UHGV virus genome: UHGV-1440165
DNA from: a virus
DNA length: 64,000 bases
Strand: one strand, 5' to 3'
In this document: piece after piece, positions 35,403 to 45,582 of the stretch
Layout of the letters: each line of letters starts with the position of its first letter
How positions within the stretch are numbered: position 1 is the stretch's first letter
Position numbers and translations under genes: made by a program
The notes under the pieces: generated by a model
Databases searched by the model: none
What the model was told of the DNA's origin: nothing
Seen by the model: the letters and a program-made list of their open reading frames with translations, nothing else

Positions 35403-36875
35403 TCAGACCAAGACGTATTTTATCAGGCCACAGTTCCAAATCCTGACCAGACCTGCTTCAGATGCCAGTTGACTCTCCGTTTTACCTTCGACGTCATACC
35501 CCATGCGAGCAAATGAACCTTTTCTGAAACCGAATTTGTGCTCACGCATAAATGTCCCTGGTTTGTGGTATTTGTAGTCTGGCTTCTGCACTTCCTCTTC
35601 TACGAATCCGTGGGATAGGTAAATGTTGGACAATCTGCTTACAACACACCTATCCCCAAAGGAATAGATTGTGGTGTCGATAAATTTTCTTCTGAAGTGT
35701 GAAAGAAGTTTACTGAATGCCCCGTGACAGTCATGGGAAGCAAATCTGACCAATTCCAGGCCATCTTTCCTTTTAGTGAACAGCATCACGGCTTGTATGA
35801 CCCCACTCTTGTCAATTAACGACAAATGGTAGGTGGAAGAAACGGAACCTTGTATGTGGTGTTTGTCTAAAAACTCCCTCAAGCCATTTATATTTCCCCA
35901 AACGACTTTGTGTTGGCGAGCATATGACGCAGGCGTTTTAATGCCAAGTTTAGCTTTCAGAAGAGATTCGACCACTTCCTGTTTCTCAACCCATTCATCT
36001 TCCCAGATGTGGATCAACTGGATACCCTGAGTTTCACATATTTCAGTCTTTTCCAGGTGATAATGTTTCTCTTTAAAAACTTCTGAATGCCAGTACAGGC
36101 CATTAAATTCAATCGCCAATTTATGTTCATGGCAATAGATATCTAGTTGTTTACCGGATAATATGCTGTAATCAGAAACAGTGTTCACAACTCCCATTGA
36201 GGTGAGAAACTCAGATATTTCCTTTTCATAAGAAGATTTCTTGTTCCTGATAGAACCATTGCTGAACAACGCACGTTTTAGTATGGTCGAGTTTTTCATA
36301 GGGTTGTCAACACCGTAACGTTCTTGTAACGTTGCCAACGCCTTCTCCCTCACACCAGGTAATTGTAGTGTGGAGCAGCTTCCGTATTTGGATATATTCG
36401 AAGTCTCTATGGCTTTACGACCAATCCCACCTTTACACATAGAAACCTGATAACATTCTTCAGAACAATATGTTCTGTAATCTTTATCATTGATGTAAAA
36501 GTTGGTTTCCTTGGAACACACCGGGCATATTTTCACGGTCCTATTGTGTAGCCAAGCTGTGACTTTACAAGCCAAATCTTGTAGGGTGTTGTGGGCATTG
36601 GCGAACACTAAAAGGTCTACATTGATGTGCTTCATAAGCAGTTCAGATTTGCATTTTTGGATATCCAATTTGTTGTTCTTGGTAAACATATTTTTATAGA
36701 AAAATTGGCGATATGATTCCTCATCAGACAATGTCTTCACTGCTTCAAGGAAACCTTCCGGGAGGTTCTTTAGGGTGTTCGATGCGAAGGTCTTGCAAGC
36801 ATCTGAACAAAATTTCTTGTCTTTCCTGGCAGATTTAAATTGTTCATGGCAGATACCACAGATTACCTGATACAT
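35403..36875 (-). CDS. Putative freestanding homing endonuclease (zinc-finger + PD-(D/E)XK-like nuclease domain)
   Basis: 490 aa; N-terminal Cys clusters (CGICHEQF...C..C; CPVCSKE); DIYCHEHKLAIEFNGLYWH fits a D...E-x-K nuclease motif; inserted just downstream of the major capsid gene. Confidence 0.4.
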   Translation of the reverse strand: MYQVICGICHEQFKSARKDKKFCSDACKTFASNTLKNLPEGFLEAVKTLSDEESYRQFFYKNMFTKNNKLDIQKCKSELLMKHINVDLLVFANAHNTLQDLACKVTAWLHNRTVKICPVCSKETNFYINDKDYRTYCSEECYQVSMCKGGIGRKAIETSNISKYGSCSTLQLPGVREKALATLQERYGVDNPMKNSTILKRALFSNGSIRNKKSSYEKEISEFLTSMGVVNTVSDYSILSGKQLDIYCHEHKLAIEFNGLYWHSEVFKEKHYHLEKTEICETQGIQLIHIWEDEWVEKQEVVESLLKAKLGIKTPASYARQHKVVWGNINGLREFLDKHHIQGSVSSTYHLSLIDKSGVIQAVMLFTKRKDGLELVRFASHDCHGAFSKLLSHFRRKFIDTTIYSFGDRCVVSRLSNIYLSHGFVEEEVQKPDYKYHKPGTFMREHKFGFRKGSFARMGYDVEGKTESQLASEAGLVRIWNCGLIKYVLV

Positions 36876-36930
36876 AATTATTCTCCTCTATATGGTATCT
36901 AGTATAACCCATTTGATAATATGAACAAAT

Positions 36931-36956
36931 AAAAACCCCGCCGAAGCGGGGTTTTA
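36931..36956. terminator. Strong intrinsic terminator (bidirectional architecture) after the major capsid gene
   Basis: AAAAA-CCCCGC-CGAA-GCGGGG-TTTT. Confidence 0.7.
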
Positions 36957-36980
36957 ATACGTAAGATGTTGTTTTAATTA

Positions 36981-38312
36981 TTAAAACAAACCTTTTATTA
37001 ACCCTTTACGGAAATACACGTTGCTGTCCTGGGCGATACCATCTGCAGTCACATAGACCTGCGGATCCTGGTTCGCTGGGATCTGAACGAATGGGTTAGC
37101 GCACAGGCCGTAGCGGGTCTTGAACGCCATACGTGGGCTGAAGGTGGTTTCACCCTGGGTGCGGTACATTTCCAGCGGCACATACGGCGCGAAGAAGATA
37201 CCAGCATCCAGCGCGGTCGCGCCTTTATATGCCAGGGTGATGTACTCTGCTACTGCATACGGGTCGATGTAAACGCGCATGCCGTTAGACAGAACACCAG
37301 CGAAGGTCTGGCCAGTTGGGTCGATCGCCAGCTTGGTGTTTTCCTGCAGCGCTGGAGCATAATCCAGCATACCGGACATTGCCAGAGCAGATGCTACGTT
37401 CGGAGAACACAGAACACGGTTGCCTTTACCACGACGGGTGTCAACACCGATGCCGTTCGCTTCGACTTCCAGCATGAAGGTCATGTACTTCCATTTTTCC
37501 AGCGCCCAACGACCGGAGATATCGGTAGAGATATCCACGATGCCGTTTGCACCGAATTTTTTGAAGCGTACTGCGCTGAAGTTCATGGTGCGGATAAACT
37601 CACGGTTCATCTCGGCCTGAATCTCAGTGACCATTACGTCAGACAGGATGCTGTCCACGTCTTCGCCGTGAATCGCCATCATGTCCTGACGCAGCTCATG
37701 GCTGTAGTCAGCGTACAGGCCGCGAGACTTCGCAGTCACGGTGGCTTTCTGCACGGTGATACCAACACGCGCCCATGGGTTTGCGGAAGTACCCAGCAGT
37801 TCAGCGTCGGTGCTTGGCATACCTTTACCGATGGTGGTCACGCCAGCGCCGGAACCTTCGATCTCAGCCTGGGTAAAGCCAGATGGGTCACCAGCCTGTA
37901 CAGTACCGTCACCGGAGTAGCCAGAATCAGCTTCCTGCATGAACAGTTCTTTACGAGACTGTGCGGTGTTGGAGCCGTCTGCAACGCCCTGGCGAGCACG
38001 CAGTGCGAAGATCTGACCGTCAGGACCAGACAGCGGCTGAACGCCGAAGAAGTCCATAGCGATGTTGATCGGCGCCAGACGTTTAGCCATGTCGATCAGA
38101 ACTGGCTGCCATTTACCAACAGTGTTGTTCAGAGAGCCAGGGGCTTCGGATTCGCCCAGGTTTTTGGCGTTCCATTCAGCCTGGTTTTGCAGCAGGCGGA
38201 CGGCAACGTTTTCGGCAGACAGCGGCTGAATCTGTTTGGACTCTTCAGAGAGTACTGGCAGCCACTCTTTGCGCATTTCTTCGGTAACAAGTTTCTTAGC
38301 CATGGTGGTCAT
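36981..38312 (-). CDS. Major capsid protein (putative, T4 gp23/gp24-like position)
   Basis: 443 aa; follows prohead protease and scaffold genes in canonical order; followed by a strong terminator. No motif-level confirmation. Confidence 0.65.
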   Translation of the reverse strand: MTTMAKKLVTEEMRKEWLPVLSEESKQIQPLSAENVAVRLLQNQAEWNAKNLGESEAPGSLNNTVGKWQPVLIDMAKRLAPINIAMDFFGVQPLSGPDGQIFALRARQGVADGSNTAQSRKELFMQEADSGYSGDGTVQAGDPSGFTQAEIEGSGAGVTTIGKGMPSTDAELLGTSANPWARVGITVQKATVTAKSRGLYADYSHELRQDMMAIHGEDVDSILSDVMVTEIQAEMNREFIRTMNFSAVRFKKFGANGIVDISTDISGRWALEKWKYMTFMLEVEANGIGVDTRRGKGNRVLCSPNVASALAMSGMLDYAPALQENTKLAIDPTGQTFAGVLSNGMRVYIDPYAVAEYITLAYKGATALDAGIFFAPYVPLEMYRTQGETTFSPRMAFKTRYGLCANPFVQIPANQDPQVYVTADGIAQDSNVYFRKGLIKGLF

Positions 38313-38394
38313 TCCTTACATTGATATTCAGTTAAGTTGAAATTACTTAGTAGTTCAAAATCAAGCCCCCTTTCGAGGGCTGTGGCTGCTAAAA

Positions 38395-39273
38395 TTAGCC
38401 GTTGATGCCGTACTTCGCACGATAAGCTGCAGTCTGACGACGGATCGATTCTTTCAGCTCTTTGTCTGTTTCATCTTCGTCATCGTCGTTATCGTTGTCG
38501 TCATCACCTTCTTTTTTCGGTTTCTTGCCTTCGTCGACTTTGTCTTTGTCGCCTTTGCCTTTACCGTCGTTGTCATCATCGCCGTCTTTACCGCCGACTT
38601 TGTCCTGGAAGTCATCGTCGTCACCTTCTTTCTTGGTGGACTTACCTTCTACCAGGTTACGGAAGGTGTGAACACGAGAAGCGAATTCGCTTTCGGTGGT
38701 GAACTGAACCGCTTCCAGCAGACCAACGACGGTCGCTTTCTTGGTGTCCACCATACCTTCACAGATACGAGCAATGACAGAATCACGCAGAGTTGCATTC
38801 GCAGCTTCTTTGATCTGACGGTTTTCACTTTCAGCCGCAGCAGCGCGTTGTTCTGCTTCAGTCAGGCGAGCAGTCAGCGCAGCGATCTGGCCGTTTTCGT
38901 CGGTAGCAAAGTTGATGCCAGCTTCTTTCAGAACGCCAGTCAGGCCAGTCAGCAGGTTTTCAGCCGCTTCGCGCTTGATCTGAGCATCGATCGCAGGAGC
39001 GTTCTTGTTAGCCCACTCTTCTACAACCGCGTTCAGGAAGCCGTCGACTTTGACAGCCAGCTCTTGCATGTGAGACTCTTTCAGCTGAGCAATTTCAGCC
39101 TGGTGAGACTCAACGAGGCGCAGGCGCTCAACGTTGGCAGCGTTTTCGGTTTCTTGGATAGCAGTCAGGCGAGCGGCTTCTACTTTAGACTCCAGCAGGC
39201 CGGACACTTTATCCAGGAAGTCAGTGTTGAGGCCGTTAACGCCCTCAAACAGTTTTTGCAATTCAGGTTTCAT
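38395..39273 (-). CDS. Prohead scaffold protein (gp22-like)
   Basis: 292 aa, coiled-coil A/E/Q-rich, highly acidic D/E/K-rich C-terminal third; position between protease and capsid genes. Confidence 0.65.
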   Translation of the reverse strand: MKPELQKLFEGVNGLNTDFLDKVSGLLESKVEAARLTAIQETENAANVERLRLVESHQAEIAQLKESHMQELAVKVDGFLNAVVEEWANKNAPAIDAQIKREAAENLLTGLTGVLKEAGINFATDENGQIAALTARLTEAEQRAAAAESENRQIKEAANATLRDSVIARICEGMVDTKKATVVGLLEAVQFTTESEFASRVHTFRNLVEGKSTKKEGDDDDFQDKVGGKDGDDDNDGKGKGDKDKVDEGKKPKKEGDDDNDNDDDEDETDKELKESIRRQTAAYRAKYGING

Positions 39274-39300
39274 GATTATTTCCTTCTGAACGATTTTCAG

Positions 39301-39307
39301 TATTTAG
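39301..39307 (-). promoter_or_regulatory. Late-promoter-like motif (CACTAAATACTG)
   Basis: About 28 nt upstream of the scaffold gene start. Confidence 0.45.
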
Positions 39308-39318
39308 TGAGGCTGAAT

Positions 39319-39987
39319 TCAGCCCAGATGTTTCAATGCGATATCAAGGCGGCGCAGGAAGTCGTCTTCGAATTGAATATTGGTTTTCACCAATGAATCG
39401 ACCACCTGCCCCTTAATGTCTTTAGGAACCCAAATTCCTGAAGATTCATCAAGCTGCCATTCCACAGATTCGCTCACAGCCTTTACATAACAAACTTGTC
39501 CAGAAGGACGGTCGACTGCATCAACAGCAGTGAGCATGAAGCCAGGTTGAACGTCATCATAACCATTCACTGACTTGGTCTCACCAAGGCCACGTGTAGA
39601 CACGGCCAGGTTGAAGTCTGCTTCAGCCAGAGCACGAATGATCTGACCTTTCGGTGTATTTAGGATCCGCGCTCGACCGATAGCGTTGGTGCCTTCCCAG
39701 CGCATGGATTCGGTTTTGAGCGCAGCGTGTTCGATATCGGGGAAAGGATAATCCGGATGCTTGAGTTCACCGATTGCGCGACGATCCTGGATATACTCTT
39801 TGTCGTATGCTTCGACAGCAGGGATACCCACTTTCTGGAGATCGTAGTTGCGGCCATTACGGTTCACCTGGTTACACATCACGAATGGACCTTCGATGTA
39901 CATGGCTTTGCCGCCAGTAGCCGTGGCCGCTTCACCAATCTGAAGGTCTTTCCCTATCGCAGTGATCTCACGCAACAGTTTCATCAT
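39319..39987 (-). CDS. Prohead core protein/protease (gp21-like)
   Basis: 222 aa; position upstream of scaffold and capsid as in T4. Confidence 0.6.
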   Translation of the reverse strand: MMKLLREITAIGKDLQIGEAATATGGKAMYIEGPFVMCNQVNRNGRNYDLQKVGIPAVEAYDKEYIQDRRAIGELKHPDYPFPDIEHAALKTESMRWEGTNAIGRARILNTPKGQIIRALAEADFNLAVSTRGLGETKSVNGYDDVQPGFMLTAVDAVDRPSGQVCYVKAVSESVEWQLDESSGIWVPKDIKGQVVDSLVKTNIQFEDDFLRRLDIALKHLG

Positions 39988-39994
39988 TCGCTCC

Positions 39995-40300
39995 TTAACT
40001 CAGCCCCATCATACGACGGAACTTCATCGCTTTCTTCTTACGACGCTCGATTTTCCGCTGGTAGCCCATGCCCATGCGTTTCTTGGCTCGGATTGCCTTG
40101 CGGTTGCCCAGCTTGCGAGTACGGCGCTCACTGGCGACCATTACCTCACAACGAGAACCATCCGCAGACAGTTTGAAACCAGGAGCACACTGCAGGCGGC
40201 GACGGCGTTTGCCTCTTGCGTTCACCTTGTCAATGACTTTCTGCTCGTCCATGCGGGAAGCCAGGAAATCAGCGAACGTTGCAACTTCTTCGATTTCCAT
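39995..40300 (-). CDS. Basic prohead core/internal protein (putative)
   Basis: 101 aa, extremely R/K-rich C-terminal half; between portal and protease genes. Confidence 0.45.
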   Translation of the reverse strand: MEIEEVATFADFLASRMDEQKVIDKVNARGKRRRRLQCAPGFKLSADGSRCEVMVASERRTRKLGNRKAIRAKKRMGMGYQRKIERRKKKAMKFRRMMGLS

Positions 40301-40312
40301 GATACATTCCTC

Positions 40313-40483
40313 TTACTGGTCGTCGTCAACAGGACCCATGTCTTGGCTCAGGGAGTCCAAGACATATGCAGTACCCTGCTGCACCAGTTCTTGGGCGCGA
40401 GCAGACAGTTCAGTTTCACACTCAGCTACAGCAGCATCGGTGTCACCAGCGATGATTGCCTTTACCAGATCGATTGCGGCCAT
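40313..40483 (-). CDS. Small acidic protein (56 aa), possible prohead core component
   Basis: ATG at 40483 with AGAGGA RBS; MAAIDLVKAIIAGDTDAAV...; not in ORF track (under 60 aa). Confidence 0.35.
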   Translation of the reverse strand: MAAIDLVKAIIAGDTDAAVAECETELSARAQELVQQGTAYVLDSLSQDMGPVDDDQ

Positions 40484-40521
40484 GTTCGTATCCTCTAAAA
40501 TGTTTTCTATACTTAGTTGAA

Positions 40522-42219
40522 TTATTCTTCACCACCAGGCGGGGTAGGCGCTGGGATGACGTTAGGTCTGAATTTCAGTGGGCTGACTTCCCCGCCGCCG
40601 CCGAAGCCGCCGGATTCATCTGCCTGCACTTCAGGATATTTGCCTTCTTTCTTCTCTTTCGCGATCTTCTCTTGCTGATCTTTGATGTCTTCGTCAGACA
40701 TGCGCAGCAGATTGCGTTGAGCATAATCGATAGAGAAGAGAGTGCCGATGTACGGTTCAATCTGACCAAGAGCCGCCATACGCTGTGACAAGATTTCATT
40801 CTCTTGTTGTTCACGGATGAAGCTGTCTGAAGTGAATTCGAACTTGACAAACGGCTTGATCTTTTCGTTCCAGTCGGCCTGATCTGTAATGCCTTTCAGT
40901 ATCAGCTGGCGACGCAGAAGTTCCAGGAAGATACCAGAAGAATAACGGCGGCGCAGGCTGGCGCAGAACTTGTTGAAGCGCAGTTCTTCCTGAGTAATCT
41001 CAGCCAGATTGGAGCCACCAATGTTGATGGAACCTTCCTCTTGTAGACGCCCTTTCGGGATCATCAGGGACTCGTACAGCTTCTCACGGAAGTAGTTCAC
41101 GTGATCCATCTGGCCAAGCTGATCACCGCCGCCGACGTTGGAGATCTCGGTTGCGTTCTGCCCTTCACGACGCGGCAGCCAGTAGTCTTCAGCGATACCC
41201 ATGAGATGGGTGTTGCCAGCAACCTTACCTGTTGTGCGGTCATATGCCAGACGGTTTTTGAATTTACCCATCATGGCTTGCATGTATTCTTCTGCCGACT
41301 TCTTACCCAGCGTACCCACGTCGAGGTAGAACGCTCGCTTCTCAGGAGCACGCGTGATCGCATAGATGACCGTTGCATCCTCGGTTGTAACAAGGTTGTT
41401 CAGGGGACGGATAGCCGGGTTCAGCAGGCCTGGTACAACCCCATTTGCCAGAGGCTCTTCGCCGCTGTCCAGGTACACAATACTCTCATCGTCGAACACC
41501 AGTTCTTGTTGTGACGGCTGGAAGTTCTGAGACGTACCGGACTGACCAGTGAACTGGTTGCGGTTGTAGTTCGGGTTGTAATAGTATTGGAGTTTGACTT
41601 CGCTGATGACTTCGATGCCGTCACGCATTTCCTTTTGTACGATGTACACAGGACGGATACAGCGTGAGTCCATCATGATGAGTTTGGCGATACCCGCTTT
41701 CTTGTTCTTCGGGTCCACCACGACGTGATAAGCCTGGCGACCTTCAACATACCATTTGCGGATCTTCTGATACGCAGTGTTGTCGAAGTCAAGGAGATGC
41801 ATGATCTCTTTGAATGCGTCAGTGATCTTCTCTTTGACTTCGTCTGTGACGCCCTCTACCTTCTCCAGGTTGATGGATACAGGAGTCTCGTCCTCTTCAC
41901 AGGTGACGACGTCGTTGACAATGATATCCACAGCCTTACGAATCTCAGGCTGCTGGGCCATGGACTGGTACTCTTCGACCAGCTGTTTGACGTTGAGCAA
42001 CTCACTCTCAACACCAACGAAATTGAATGTGTTCGCGCCGCCCTGGAGGATGATGGAACCATCCTGAGCATCGTCCAGCGCAACAACAGTCGCTTTTGAA
42101 AGCAACTTCTCTTCTTGGTTCGTGACCAACTTGTCGGTATCAATCGGCGCTTCTACTTTGCCGCCGCTACCGAACAGGCCGAAGAACCCGTTTCCGAATG
42201 CACCATTACCGAATGCCAT
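40522..42219 (-). CDS. Portal protein (gp20-like)
   Basis: 565 aa, ATG start, glycine-rich N- and C-termini; lies between tail tube and prohead core genes as in T4. Confidence 0.7.
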   Translation of the reverse strand: MAFGNGAFGNGFFGLFGSGGKVEAPIDTDKLVTNQEEKLLSKATVVALDDAQDGSIILQGGANTFNFVGVESELLNVKQLVEEYQSMAQQPEIRKAVDIIVNDVVTCEEDETPVSINLEKVEGVTDEVKEKITDAFKEIMHLLDFDNTAYQKIRKWYVEGRQAYHVVVDPKNKKAGIAKLIMMDSRCIRPVYIVQKEMRDGIEVISEVKLQYYYNPNYNRNQFTGQSGTSQNFQPSQQELVFDDESIVYLDSGEEPLANGVVPGLLNPAIRPLNNLVTTEDATVIYAITRAPEKRAFYLDVGTLGKKSAEEYMQAMMGKFKNRLAYDRTTGKVAGNTHLMGIAEDYWLPRREGQNATEISNVGGGDQLGQMDHVNYFREKLYESLMIPKGRLQEEGSINIGGSNLAEITQEELRFNKFCASLRRRYSSGIFLELLRRQLILKGITDQADWNEKIKPFVKFEFTSDSFIREQQENEILSQRMAALGQIEPYIGTLFSIDYAQRNLLRMSDEDIKDQQEKIAKEKKEGKYPEVQADESGGFGGGGEVSPLKFRPNVIPAPTPPGGEE

Positions 42220-42286
42220 GATTAAGTCCTCAACATTTTCTTGTAATTAGTGAGGGGGAATAAAGATTCCCCCAGCACCGAGGACA

Positions 42287-42820
42287 TTAGAGAGACTTGT
42301 CGGAGATGGCCTGGAAGTAACGCAGGTCAACAGTGAACTGAGTATAAGAGTCCATTGCAGACATGTCCAGTTCCAGCTGGCCGAGGTTCTGTGGCCAGGT
42401 GCCCTGAAGGGTCCAGGTCTTGGTGACGTTATCGTTCGCATCCAGAAGTTCCATGATCACGTCACGGAAGTAATCGTCCGGATTTGCAGACGCACGGTTG
42501 TTGTTGCTACCGTTAATGTACTGCTGCCAGACTTCGAATGCGTTGTAAGGGGCGTTGTCCACGACGTTGATGAACGTCACAGGCAGAGCCTCAAAACGAC
42601 GGTCACCAGGGAATGGAAGTTCACGTCCACCCCATGGGACAAGGATCTCACCCAGCTGGCCAGTCGGGGTGTTGGTTGTTACAGCCAACAGAGACACATC
42701 ACGAATGGTGTCTGAACCCGCCACGAAAGCTGGGAATGGAATGGTTACACGCCAGCGGTGTTGACGTTGTACGCCACCACCACGGGACATGGCACCACGG
42801 AATTCGTTTACTGTAGCCAT
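42287..42820 (-). CDS. Tail tube protein (gp19-like)
   Basis: 177 aa; follows the sheath gene. Confidence 0.65.
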   Translation of the reverse strand: MATVNEFRGAMSRGGGVQRQHRWRVTIPFPAFVAGSDTIRDVSLLAVTTNTPTGQLGEILVPWGGRELPFPGDRRFEALPVTFINVVDNAPYNAFEVWQQYINGSNNNRASANPDDYFRDVIMELLDANDNVTKTWTLQGTWPQNLGQLELDMSAMDSYTQFTVDLRYFQAISDKSL

Positions 42821-42840
42821 TATAGATTCTCCAGAAAGAG

Positions 42841-43554
42841 TTACACAATTCTATTTAGCTGCCAACCAGTCGTATTCAAACGTTCAATGGTCGCAGTTTT
42901 CCTATGATACACAGACGGCGGTGGAACTGGAATACCCTTGTCGATATAGTCATACAATGCTGAATATTTAAGCCCGAGTGTTTCTACATACTCGCGGCAA
43001 TTGCCATGGATGAAGTATTCTTCACCTGATGGAGAAATCAACTTGAACTTCTTGGCGTGTCCGTTGTTTTTGCCCTTCCGAATGCCAGTCTCCACACAAG
43101 TTTTACTGAATAAAGATTTGTCTTCATCTGACCATACTATGCCTGTACGGCAACTAACAATCTCGCCAGTCTTCCAACGCGGGTCATCACAACTGACAAG
43201 ACCCAAACTTTTCCCGGTGATGGGGTCTTTAGCTCCATGTTTCCCTATGAAAGCGGCTCCGTCTCCGCCTGTGGTCTTGTTGTACCCTTTCTGTAGTGAC
43301 ATATGGGTGCCATGTTGCTCGATTAGGATGATTTCTAAATCTTTGAGGTCTTCGGGGGTTTTGGTCTGGGCTATGACCTGGAATGAGAAAGACTCTTCAC
43401 CATATTTGCGTATAGCCTGATGAATGAAGAAATCAGAACCATTCTTGGCACTGTTACAGTGCTCCCACCAGCGATGGTTTGGGTCTCTGGCTGTTATCCC
43501 GATGTACGCTTTCTGATTTACGAGATTCGTGATTTTGTATACGCTTCCGATCAT
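42841..43554 (-). CDS. GIY-YIG homing endonuclease (freestanding)
   Basis: N-terminus VYKITNLVNQKAYIGIT...R...WEH with downstream conserved E/N is a classic GIY-YIG signature; inserted between sheath and tube genes. Confidence 0.7.
   Translation of the reverse strand: MIGSVYKITNLVNQKAYIGITARDPNHRWWEHCNSAKNGSDFFIHQAIRKYGEESFSFQVIAQTKTPEDLKDLEIILIEQHGTHMSLQKGYNKTTGGDGAAFIGKHGAKDPITGKSLGLVSCDDPRWKTGEIVSCRTGIVWSDEDKSLFSKTCVETGIRKGKNNGHAKKFKLISPSGEEYFIHGNCREYVETLGLKYSALYDYIDKGIPVPPPSVYHRKTATIERLNTTGWQLNRIV
42852..42858 (-). promoter_or_regulatory. Late-promoter-like motif (GCTAAATAGAA)
   Basis: About 32 nt upstream of the tail tube ATG, inside the 3-prime end of the GIY-YIG gene. Confidence 0.4.
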
Positions 43555-43634
43555 TTCGATGCTCTCTTAGTGAAATCGATCTATTGTAACTCGCAAGAGA
43601 TCATTGAAATGCCCTCCGGAGAGGGCATGTGTAT

Positions 43635-45530
43635 TTAAGATGCTGCGACGATACCGCCGCCAGTTTCGATCTCGGAGAACTCCATGTCCGGTCGAACGGA
43701 AGCAAAGTCAAGATACACCCAATTTATGCTGTACTCTGGCTTCAACCAGATACCCGCAACCATCTGGTTGGCAGCGATGACGTCGGCGGTGTTGTTGTCA
43801 GCATCACACTTGACTTTACCGTCATAGATCGCACCCATGTTCGCCAGCTGGCGGATGTATGGGCGTACAGCGTTGCTGAACAGGCTGCGAGTGAACTCAT
43901 CGTTGTTCTCACCAAGGTAGTATTTGGCGATGGCAGCGATGTTCTGCTCGGCCATGATGAACAGGCCACGAACGTTGATGCGGTCAAACGCAGATGGACG
44001 AGTCAGGCCAGTCTTGTCGCCGTACAGCACGATGCCTTCGTTGGAGAAGGTAACGATGCTGTTGACCTGATTGCGATAGAGTACAGCACGCTCATCAGAA
44101 GACGCAGACCAGGCCATGCGATTGTAGTTGTTGTATTTGCCACGGTTGTGGAACGCTGGAGACTTGTAGATACCAGCCAGCTCAATGCTGCGTGCCCAAA
44201 CACCTGCCGTACCACCACACGCCGGGATCCAGCGCATCTTGTCGTTGTACTTGTCGTACACATACGCCCAGTTGTCGTCCATGAAGAAGTAGGAGGAGTC
44301 GCGCACCAGGCTTTCGCGCCAGGCAACAACATCATCCATCTCACGCCCACGGTTGCCAACGACATTGTCACGCAGTGGAGATACGAAAGACACGGTGTCT
44401 TTACGCTCGGTAGACAGATCAATCAGCGCCTGTTGCTCGATGAGTTCTTCACAGAAACCGAACACTGGCTTGGCGTCATACGCTTCAGCGTTGTTCAGCG
44501 CCTGGATAGCCGCCACGCGGTTCCCAGTGTAATCGTCCACACCACCTTCGAGTTCAGTAACACCAGCGGCCAGGGTGGTGGCGAAGGTGTACACCCAATT
44601 GGAGGTGTCGTTGATCACATCTTTGAAGTACGCGTTGGAGCCATCGGATTTCTTAGAACCCTGAGTGGTCTGCATCAGTTCATACTTCTCGATGATCGTA
44701 CCGGAAGCGCCGACAGTGGTGATGACAGCGGTAGCAGTCAGACCATTGGCGTCTGGAACAATCGCAGTCACAGCCTGAGGACCGATGGCTTTATGGGTAA
44801 CGATGACGGTGTTGGACTTCACAACAACAGAAGAATACACGTCAGTCAGAGCCGTCAGCGCAGTGCCGATCTTGGTCGCCAGAGTCGCCGGAGTATCAGT
44901 GTCGGTGTACGCCACGTCTTCACCAGCAACAGAGATGGAGCCAGCAGCTGTTGCAGTACCGGAAACAGAGATACGGTCAACCTGACCAACAGCACCAGAA
45001 GAGTCGGTGATGCGACCCACTTTGTCAACGATGACGATGTGGTATTCACCCGGCTGTGGAGCATATGCGAAGTTGTTGCGGAATTCCCAAGTCGGGAACA
45101 GCGCAGCATCACAGATGTTCACAGCGATATCGTTACCCAGGGTGCCAGCATAGCGGCCAGTCCAGGTAATAGACGCAGACGGGGTTGCCGCTTCGAAGTC
45201 CAGCTTGTTGCGGATCAGGATGGCGGTCTGGCCTTTGGTGACGGAGTTACGCGCCGCCGGACCAACCACACGAGTTACCCAAGCCACAGAGCTGTAGGAC
45301 AGGAAGTCAGCAACAACCAGAAAGTCGGTTGCAGTTGCGTCGTTCGGTTTGAAGAATTTCTTCACAAGGCCAGTTTCACCACCAGTAACAAGCACTGGGA
45401 GTTCAGCTTCACCCCATTGGAATTTACCAACGGCTGCACCCTGTACAACAACGGATGGAGACGTCTGAAGCGTGGCATCACGCTCCGTCCACTGTACGGA
45501 CGGCGCGACGCTGAAGCTTTGAGTTGCCAT
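43635..45530 (-). CDS. Tail sheath protein (gp18-like)
   Basis: About 631 aa from ATG at 45530 (MATQSF...) with GAAGGA RBS; immediately downstream of the large terminase gene as in T4. Confidence 0.7.
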   Translation of the reverse strand: MATQSFSVAPSVQWTERDATLQTSPSVVVQGAAVGKFQWGEAELPVLVTGGETGLVKKFFKPNDATATDFLVVADFLSYSSVAWVTRVVGPAARNSVTKGQTAILIRNKLDFEAATPSASITWTGRYAGTLGNDIAVNICDAALFPTWEFRNNFAYAPQPGEYHIVIVDKVGRITDSSGAVGQVDRISVSGTATAAGSISVAGEDVAYTDTDTPATLATKIGTALTALTDVYSSVVVKSNTVIVTHKAIGPQAVTAIVPDANGLTATAVITTVGASGTIIEKYELMQTTQGSKKSDGSNAYFKDVINDTSNWVYTFATTLAAGVTELEGGVDDYTGNRVAAIQALNNAEAYDAKPVFGFCEELIEQQALIDLSTERKDTVSFVSPLRDNVVGNRGREMDDVVAWRESLVRDSSYFFMDDNWAYVYDKYNDKMRWIPACGGTAGVWARSIELAGIYKSPAFHNRGKYNNYNRMAWSASSDERAVLYRNQVNSIVTFSNEGIVLYGDKTGLTRPSAFDRINVRGLFIMAEQNIAAIAKYYLGENNDEFTRSLFSNAVRPYIRQLANMGAIYDGKVKCDADNNTADVIAANQMVAGIWLKPEYSINWVYLDFASVRPDMEFSEIETGGGIVAAS

Positions 45531-45572
45531 AATATTATTCCTTCTCGGTAGAGTTTCGCTCAATTTGAAAGA

Positions 45573-45579
45573 TATTTAG
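45573..45579 (-). promoter_or_regulatory. Late-promoter-like motif (CACTAAATATCTT)
   Basis: Between the terminase stop and the sheath gene, about 43 nt upstream of the sheath ATG. Confidence 0.45.
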
Positions 45580-45582
45580 TGA

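Noticed and set aside
43629-45551. 640-aa plus-strand ORF covering the whole tail sheath gene
   Set aside because: Antisense to a gene with conserved order and composition; translation is R/G/V/S-rich and low-complexity, with no RBS or promoter. Long antisense ORFs are expected by chance in codon-biased genes.
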